Source: a virus. Taken from it: 39,316 nucleotides of DNA. Of the stretch, positions 34,697 to 39,316 are shown one piece after another (within the stretch, counting starts at the first letter, position 1; each line of letters opens with the position of its first letter). Made by a program: the position numbers and the translations under genes. The stretch lies in the IMG/VR virus record IMGVR_UViG_3300029868_000026; one strand, given 5' to 3'. Below the pieces are notes generated by a model, which saw only the letters and a program-made list of their open reading frames with translations, searched no databases and had not been told where the DNA came from.

Positions 34697-34741
34697 GCAA
34701 TTGCGCCGATTTATTTTACATAACGGAATAGGGAGCAAAAC

Positions 34742-35335
34742 ATGCTCAATTTGGATACATACACGCAACGCATCGCGCATGTGATTGATGCCGTTGGCAT
34801 TGATGTGGTCACGGACGTTTTTAATACCTCGCAATCTCAGGTATATAGAATAAAGAAAGACGCCAGCACGCTAAGTTTTAACCGGGTGGTTGAGTTGGCA
34901 AAAGTGGCGGGCATAAATACCCAATGGATAAGCACCGGGTTAGGGGATGTCGAAAGCATCGGAAATTATTCGGTTGAAATCCCGCATCTGTTTGAAACGG
35001 ATGCCGCGCCGTTTATTTTGGATCGGTATTTTTTCCATGCCGAACAAAACATGGATACCCTGTTTTCCCAAGCGGTGTTGGATGATGCCATGGAAAATTT
35101 GATGTGCTCAGGTTCCATGGTAGTCATTGATAAAAGCATCATCACCGGGAACGGGATTTTTGGCTTGATGGTGGGCGGTGTGTTTACCTTGCGCAATATC
35201 AAAGCCCAAGTGGATGGTTCAATAAAAATCAGCGCGTTAAAAGCTAATTATGATGATATGACGTTGCCAAAAGAGAGTTTGAACCTAGTAGATATTGTTG
35301 GGCGGGTGATATGGTCGGGGCAAAATCATGGCTAG
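34742..35335 (+). CDS. CI-like repressor: N-terminal HTH plus S24(LexA)-like C-terminal domain with apparently degenerate catalytic residues
   Basis: HTH-like TSQSQVYRIKKDASTLSFNRVVELAKVAGINTQWISTG. The C-terminal LDDAMENLMCSGSMVVID...VFTLRNIK...IVGRVIW aligns to the S24 pattern G-D-S-M-E-P...K-R-L, with Ala at the Ser position and Arg at the Lys position. Confidence 0.75.
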   Translation: MLNLDTYTQRIAHVIDAVGIDVVTDVFNTSQSQVYRIKKDASTLSFNRVVELAKVAGINTQWISTGLGDVESIGNYSVEIPHLFETDAAPFILDRYFFHAEQNMDTLFSQAVLDDAMENLMCSGSMVVIDKSIITGNGIFGLMVGGVFTLRNIKAQVDGSIKISALKANYDDMTLPKESLNLVDIVGRVIWSGQNHG

Positions 35336-36578
35336 AAAATCCATTTTTTTCGATGATAAACGCAATACCTATGTGGGTGAATTTCCCCGTGATGCGCTGG
35401 TGGGCTTTGAAAAAGACCGCCGTGGTATTCGCCGCACCCTTTGCAAACAACGTGATTTGGTCGGTTTAACAGAGATTCAAATAAACCAACATCTATCCAA
35501 TTTGTACAGCATCAAACAACAAGAGTTCAGCAACGAGAAAAGCCACAAGGAAGCTGCAAAAAAACAAGCCAAACGCCAGAAAAAGACCTATACCATACGC
35601 CAGGCCAATAAATTATGGATGGCTGAAATGAAGGTAACCCGCGCCAAAAAAACCGTGGGGCAATACCAAAACACCATCGATTATTATTTGGATGCCAACG
35701 GCAACCATGTGGTGAATGATTTCACCTTGGATCACTCCACCGAATTTTGGAACCATTTACAGACACGCGAGAAACAAGGCGGCGGTTTCTTTTCGTTAGA
35801 AAATCAAGCCACCCATATCCGCAAATTCAATACCTTTTTAAACTGGTGTTATGACCATGAAATCATGGATAGGATGCACCGGCTAAAACGGCCAAAGGTG
35901 CCTAAGCGGGACATGCAAACCTATGATGTTGAGGAATTGCTAAGACTAGGCCAACACATTCAAACCAAAATTATTGAAACCACCGACACCGCCCGCAAGC
36001 GCGGATACATCAATATATTCCGTGCCTTTATGCTCGCCACCAATACGGCGCTTCGTTTGGGGCCAATTTGGGCGCTAAAAATCGACAACATTGAACTGGA
36101 TAAACGCTTGGTGCAAATCCGCGACAATAAAGAATTGGACTGGCAAAACAAAGGGGTTAAGTGGCCAGATAAACCCATCAATGAGGATTTGTATAATTTT
36201 CTGGTAAAGGATTTGGCGTTGCGGGATCCGCAAGAGCGCTATTTTTTGGATAACGGCAAAGGCAAACCGTGGCGGGCTGATCGTAGCGACATTTCCAAAT
36301 GGATGTCGACGTTATGCCAGGACATTGGGCTTGCCAAAATCAAGCCGTTTCACTGGGGTATGCGGGCCACCATTATCACCGAATTATTAACCCGTGGTGT
36401 TGACGTTCACGCCGTGCAAAAGTTAGCGGATCACGAAAGCATTGAAACCACCATGCTCTATTTTAATGATAGAAAAGTGCAACAACGTAGAGCATCGGAT
36501 GCTATTCTAAACGCCTTTAGCGGTGTTGAAAATGTCACAAAAATGTCACATGTGCCGGAAAAAAACACACCCCATTGA
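35328..36578 (+). CDS. int: Tyrosine integrase
   Basis: C-terminal catalytic signature ...LRLGPIWALK (R), HWGMRATIIT (H-x-x-R), LADHESIETTMLYF (H...Y). Adjacent to the attP-like region. Confidence 0.9.
   Translation: MARKSIFFDDKRNTYVGEFPRDALVGFEKDRRGIRRTLCKQRDLVGLTEIQINQHLSNLYSIKQQEFSNEKSHKEAAKKQAKRQKKTYTIRQANKLWMAEMKVTRAKKTVGQYQNTIDYYLDANGNHVVNDFTLDHSTEFWNHLQTREKQGGGFFSLENQATHIRKFNTFLNWCYDHEIMDRMHRLKRPKVPKRDMQTYDVEELLRLGQHIQTKIIETTDTARKRGYINIFRAFMLATNTALRLGPIWALKIDNIELDKRLVQIRDNKELDWQNKGVKWPDKPINEDLYNFLVKDLALRDPQERYFLDNGKGKPWRADRSDISKWMSTLCQDIGLAKIKPFHWGMRATIITELLTRGVDVHAVQKLADHESIETTMLYFNDRKVQQRRASDAILNAFSGVENVTKMSHVPEKNTPH
36532..36550 (+). repeat. Arm-type repeat pair 1 (ATGTCACA x2, 11-bp spacing), inside the int 3' end
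   Basis: aatgtcacaaaaatgtcaca read directly. Confidence 0.7.
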
Positions 36579-36627
36579 TTTGATTGAAGTTTTTAGCCTA
36601 TGCCTTTGTACTCCTAAGGGGTAGGCC

Positions 36628-36655
36628 GGACGTTCGAATCGTCTCCGGGGCACCA
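36628..36655 (+). other. tRNA 3'-end-like segment (T-arm + acceptor 3' strand + ACCA): probable attP core
   Basis: ggacg-ttcgaat-cgtct (T stem-loop containing the conserved TTCGAAT) followed by ccggggc-a-cca. No matching 5' acceptor strand lies upstream, so this is a fragment and not a tRNA gene. Confidence 0.6.
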
Positions 36656-36699
36656 TCAAAAAAGCGTTAGAGCCTACAAATACAGGCTTTAACGCGCCC

Positions 36700-36718
36700 C
36701 ATCTAGAAAATGTCACAA
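36700..36718 (+). repeat. Arm-type repeat pair 2 (ATGTCACA x2, 11-bp spacing)
   Basis: aaaatgtcacaacaatgtcacaag read directly. Confidence 0.7.
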
Positions 36719-36747
36719 CAATGTCACAAGCCAAAAAACACCCACTT

Positions 36748-36766
36748 TCGGGCAAAAATGTCACAA
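36748..36766 (+). repeat. Arm-type repeat pair 3 (ATGTCACA x2, 11-bp spacing)
   Basis: aaaatgtcacaaaaatgtcacaaaa read directly. Confidence 0.7.
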
Positions 36767-36780
36767 AAATGTCACAAAAA

Positions 36781-36806
36781 AGCCCGGCATAGGCCAGGCT
36801 TTATTT
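36781..36806. terminator. Candidate bidirectional terminator between int/attP and the moron operon
   Basis: agcc-c-ggc atag gcc-a-ggct hairpin (7 bp with one mismatch). An A run precedes it and ttattt follows it. Confidence 0.4.
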
Positions 36807-36830
36807 GCTAAAGAATTTACAACAAAATAC

Positions 36831-37061
36831 TTAATGTTTGTAGGCTATAACCTGATCTTCAGTCAATTTGATGTAACCCGTGCATGTAATTGGTTCATTG
36901 TTCTCATTTAGAATATTTTGGATATCATTATTCACAAGCATTCCTAGTTCGCAGTAACCCCGCTGAAAACTCATTAACCCCCTTTCCGTTTCTATGTATG
37001 TATCTGGTGATGTTTTACACCCAGTTAGAAACACCGCCAAAATTATTGCAATTAATTTCAT
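36831..37061 (-). CDS. Small lipoprotein (moron; possible superinfection-exclusion-type function)
   Basis: MKLIAIILAVFLTGC has a signal peptide plus an L-T-G-C lipobox. It is the last gene before attP. Confidence 0.75.
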   Translation of the reverse strand: MKLIAIILAVFLTGCKTSPDTYIETERGLMSFQRGYCELGMLVNNDIQNILNENNEPITCTGYIKLTEDQVIAYKH

Positions 37062-37072
37062 AGATCACCCCG

Positions 37073-37324
37073 TTATTTAGCGTTAGATTCAATTCTTATT
37101 TCGGTGTTAAAAGGCAATTGCCCGCCGTTATGGGTCATGTGCCCGAAAGTATTCATCAAGCAATGCAATTGCCATTTAGACCAACCGTTTTTATCTTCAA
37201 CCTTTTTGGCTTGTGGGCTTAATTTGGGGAAAGTTTCCCTTAATTCATCATGTTGACGTTTTATTTCTTCACGCCCTGCATCGGTCAACTGAACAAAAAC
37301 ACATTCATTTATATTAAATTTCAT
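37073..37324 (-). CDS. Hypothetical protein
   Basis: 83-aa ORF. Its ATG overlaps the stop of the upstream 53-aa ORF (ATGA). Confidence 0.55.
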   Translation of the reverse strand: MKFNINECVFVQLTDAGREEIKRQHDELRETFPKLSPQAKKVEDKNGWSKWQLHCLMNTFGHMTHNGGQLPFNTEIRIESNAK

Positions 37325-37482
37325 AATGCACCAGCAATATTACTTCTAACAATGTTCCGTGCTTCGCTGCTGAACATTGGGTCTGGATCAAATGACATTG
37401 CCATATATTGCATTTTTTCCATTAAGGTATCGAATCTACCCAACTGCTTTTCCATGATTTTTATTTGATCTTCAATCGACAT
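37321..37482 (-). CDS. Small hypothetical protein (53 aa; below the ORF-track cutoff)
   Basis: Hand translation gives MSIEDQIKIMEKQLGRFDTLMEKMQYMAMSFDPDPMFSSEARNIVRSNIAGAL*. ATGA coupling to the next gene. Confidence 0.45.
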   Translation of the reverse strand: MSIEDQIKIMEKQLGRFDTLMEKMQYMAMSFDPDPMFSSEARNIVRSNIAGAL

Positions 37483-37522
37483 AATTACACCCCTTTAATT
37501 AAATTGAAAAAACGACACAAAT

Positions 37523-37699
37523 TCACGATTTAGGCACTAACTTGTAGTTGCCCATTACGGATTTTAAAGCGGCTTCTACTGCTCTGCGGTGATTCTCTCT
37601 ACCAGCTTCGCCCCATGGTTCACCGTCCCAACGTGAAGGGTGCCGCTTCTCCGAATATGCTTTTGAAGCAGTTTCCACCATCTCTTTAGTGATACGCAT
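37523..37699 (-). CDS. Small hypothetical protein (58 aa; below the ORF-track cutoff)
   Basis: Hand translation gives MRITKEMVETASKAYSEKRHPSRWDGEPWGEAGRENHRRAVEAALKSVMGNYKLVPKS*. It fills an otherwise empty gap in the operon. Confidence 0.4.
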   Translation of the reverse strand: MRITKEMVETASKAYSEKRHPSRWDGEPWGEAGRENHRRAVEAALKSVMGNYKLVPKS

Positions 37700-37734
37700 A
37701 TAACCCTCTAAAAATAAATTGTAATAACGAAATA

Positions 37735-38013
37735 TCAGCGTTTAAGACCTTCGATTATGGTTAACGCTTCATCTAGTGCGGCGTCTAGGTCGTAGTGGTA
37801 CACAACATGAAACCCTACCGGAGTATCCGGGTAGAATTGTATCTCTATGATAAAATCCCGCCCCACCATCACGTCAATAACGTCAGGTATTGCCGCGTCT
37901 ACGTTTAGATATTGCTCAACTGATTGGTACACGCTCCGGTGCAAGTTGAATGATATTTCAACCGAAGCACTGCACGCCTCTACTAGCTTCTTGATTTTTT
38001 CGTTAGTGCTCAA
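37735..38013 (-). CDS. Hypothetical protein (TTG start)
   Basis: 92-aa ORF with agggag upstream. Confidence 0.5.
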   Translation of the reverse strand: MSTNEKIKKLVEACSASVEISFNLHRSVYQSVEQYLNVDAAIPDVIDVMVGRDFIIEIQFYPDTPVGFHVVYHYDLDAALDEALTIIEGLKR

Positions 38014-38040
38014 AACTATATCTCCCTACATATCTTAAAA

Positions 38041-38244
38041 TTAATGTGCCTTAGATTTTGCCGCTTTGGCGTTAGCTTTTGCTACAAAAGGTTGAAGTTT
38101 TGCTATAGTTTCGGTCTGAACTTTTAAAGTAATACAATCAAGCGTTGGCCCCTTAAACTGTTCATACTTAAAGCCAGCGTTATCCAGAATTTTCGTAAAT
38201 ATTGATAGCTTCCATTCGTCTATAACTACAGCTGCTTTTTTCAT
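38041..38244 (-). CDS. Hypothetical small protein, first gene of the moron operon
   Basis: 67-aa ORF with a strong RBS (gaggtgg) and a candidate promoter upstream. Confidence 0.6.
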   Translation of the reverse strand: MKKAAVVIDEWKLSIFTKILDNAGFKYEQFKGPTLDCITLKVQTETIAKLQPFVAKANAKAAKSKAH

Positions 38245-38291
38245 TTGTTATTTCCACCTCTGATAATTGTATTTTTTAAAACGTCCCACTT

Positions 38292-38319
38292 ATTATAGAA
38301 AATCTACCGATTTAAACAA
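38292..38319 (-). promoter_or_regulatory. Candidate sigma70 promoter (TTGTTT-N16-TATAAT) for the moron operon
   Basis: Reverse complement reads cTTGTTTaaatcggtagattttcTATAATaag, about 45 nt upstream of ATG 38244. Confidence 0.5.
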
Positions 38320-38645
38320 GCATTAAAACACGCTACAGGCCACGTTTTTAAAGGGCTTCAAGAATATTAACAACCCGCAAAACCACAAAAATACTCGCCG
38401 CATTTTCAACGCCGTTTTAAAGCCCATACGCTACGTTCACGGCGCTCTATTTTATTCCAACCTATGCATTCCATGAAAACCGAAACAGCCACACAGGCCA
38501 CGGAATCCGGGCCTATGCCTATATAGTTCATTTCCGTAACCATAAAAACACGAAAACGCGGCAGGCGTGGGGTGGAGTGACCGCCCCTGAAATTGTATTT
38601 ATAGCGGGTTGATTTCGTCTTGCTGGGGGCCATATTTAGGGGGCT

Positions 38646-38683
38646 GTGGCGGCGTTGGTTGTTTACCTGTACCAACGCGCCAC
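38646..38683. terminator. Strong 13-bp hairpin 28 nt downstream of the spike stop (candidate late-operon terminator, no U tract)
   Basis: gtggcg(g)cgttggt - tgtttacctgt - accaacgcgccac. Confidence 0.4.
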
Positions 38684-38710
38684 TAAAAATAGAGATGAAT
38701 AGAATTGAAT

Positions 38711-39316
38711 CTAGGGGTCAGTAGAAGGCATCAGCGTTTTAAGCTTGGTTTGTAAAGTGGTGGCGTTGGTTGCTGTGGTTACAAAACCAACGGTTTGAAC
38801 CACGGCTGTCGTTGTTCCTGCTAGCCCGGCATGGGTGTGGCTGTGGGTTGATAATGCGGTTGCCAAATCATTTACTAGCGCGAGCAAATCAGAGAACAAC
38901 GCCAACACATCATTGGTTTCATCCCCCATTGTTATCGCGGTGGATTTTAGTTCCAGTGTTGCCGCCTCGATCTTTTTCAATTGGGTTATGGTCTCGACAT
39001 CATCACCCGCCACCGTTGTTTTCTTGTCACGGCAAACCACTTGGTTTAAATCACTGCCAGTGGTTAAGTTAAGGTTATCAACCGCCGATAAGTTAGCAGC
39101 GCCACCGCTCACCAATTTGAGCGCGCCCATTGCCTCAATAAGCTTTACGCCTGCAACCAATTCAATCGAATGTTCATCCACCTTTTGTGTGCTGTTGTTA
39201 TAGGTTTCAACATTATCATCCGCATCAATGTTTCTAATCCGTGATGTGTCGGTGATCGCGCCATGTGTTTCACGGCTCCAATCACCGCCGCCATTCACCT
39301 TTTGATTAACGCCGTT
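38711..39316 (-). CDS. V: Baseplate central spike (gpV-like), C-terminal part; the ORF is open at the right window edge and is the continuation of 479..1
   Basis: The C-terminal LSTHSHTHAGLAG resembles the P2 gpV apex motif LHTHKHPGD (His-x-His metal site). The upstream beta-helix-like segment is repetitive. Confidence 0.8.
   Translation of the reverse strand, partial: NGVNQKVNGGGDWSRETHGAITDTSRIRNIDADDNVETYNNSTQKVDEHSIELVAGVKLIEAMGALKLVSGGAANLSAVDNLNLTTGSDLNQVVCRDKKTTVAGDDVETITQLKKIEAATLELKSTAITMGDETNDVLALFSDLLALVNDLATALSTHSHTHAGLAGTTTAVVQTVGFVTTATNATTLQTKLKTLMPSTDP
39198..39316. repeat. Terminal overlap copy B (identical to 1-119)
   Basis: Same 119-nt string as 1-119. It lies inside an ORF, so it is a circular-contig overlap rather than a biological terminal repeat. 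Confidence 0.97.

Larger units (their letters stand above)
1..39316. mobile_element. Complete temperate P2/HP1-like myophage genome, circular form (unit 39,197 bp plus 119 bp duplicated overlap)
   Basis: P2-type head gene set and order (Q,P divergent from O,N,M,L), contractile tail genes, Ogr-type activator, integrase plus attP-like region, CI/Cox-like switch. Window ends are identical and a gene is continuous across them. Confidence 0.9.

Noticed and set aside
36560-36655. A complete tRNA gene downstream of int
   Set aside because: Only the T-arm, the 3' acceptor strand and the ACCA are present. There is no complementary 5' acceptor strand (GCCCCGG) and no convincing anticodon arm upstream, so it is interpreted as the attP core fragment.
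38406-38675. 89-aa ORF in the spacer after the spike gene
   Set aside because: It starts inside a 13-bp hairpin and has an extremely basic, low-complexity translation with no RBS. The region is treated as non-coding (see the spacer finding).

Overview
The window is a complete, circularly closed genome of a temperate P2/HP1-like (Peduoviridae-type) contractile-tailed phage. Bases 1-119 are identical to 39198-39316, so the unit length is 39,197 bp, and the overlap falls inside the baseplate-spike gene, which reads continuously across the junction. Recognisable by eye: a P2-type head module (portal Q and terminase P on +; scaffold O, capsid N, small terminase M and head completion L on -); tail completion R/S, sheath, tube, a TraR-type zinc finger and a lysis cassette; a tail chaperone pair with a canonical A_AAA_AAG -1 frameshift, and the tape measure; baseplate W/J/I, a tail fibre with a C-terminal S74 intramolecular chaperone domain, and a gpV-like spike. 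The rest comprises an Ogr-type late activator, a divergent CI-like/Cox-like switch, a P4-alpha-like primase-helicase followed by an iteron cluster, a tyrosine integrase, an attP region carrying a tRNA 3'-end fragment flanked by paired arm repeats, and a small moron operon with a lipoprotein. The parts most worth follow-up: (1) a four-gene, translationally coupled accessory cassette (multi-TM 439 aa, 128 aa, 2-TM 76 aa, stand-alone CheY-like receiver), convergent with an XRE regulator, at the position where P2 carries tin/old. (2) A 1127-aa ORF that puts about 1000 aa (14 x 24-aa repeats, FN3/Ig-like segments, a propeller-like region) in frame with a gpW/gp25-like baseplate wedge domain that has its own internal RBS and ATG. 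(3) A block of unrecognised genes between the tape measure and the baseplate. (4) A CI-like repressor whose S24-like domain appears to lack the catalytic Ser/Lys. All functional calls come from by-eye motif recognition and gene order; no database search was possible.
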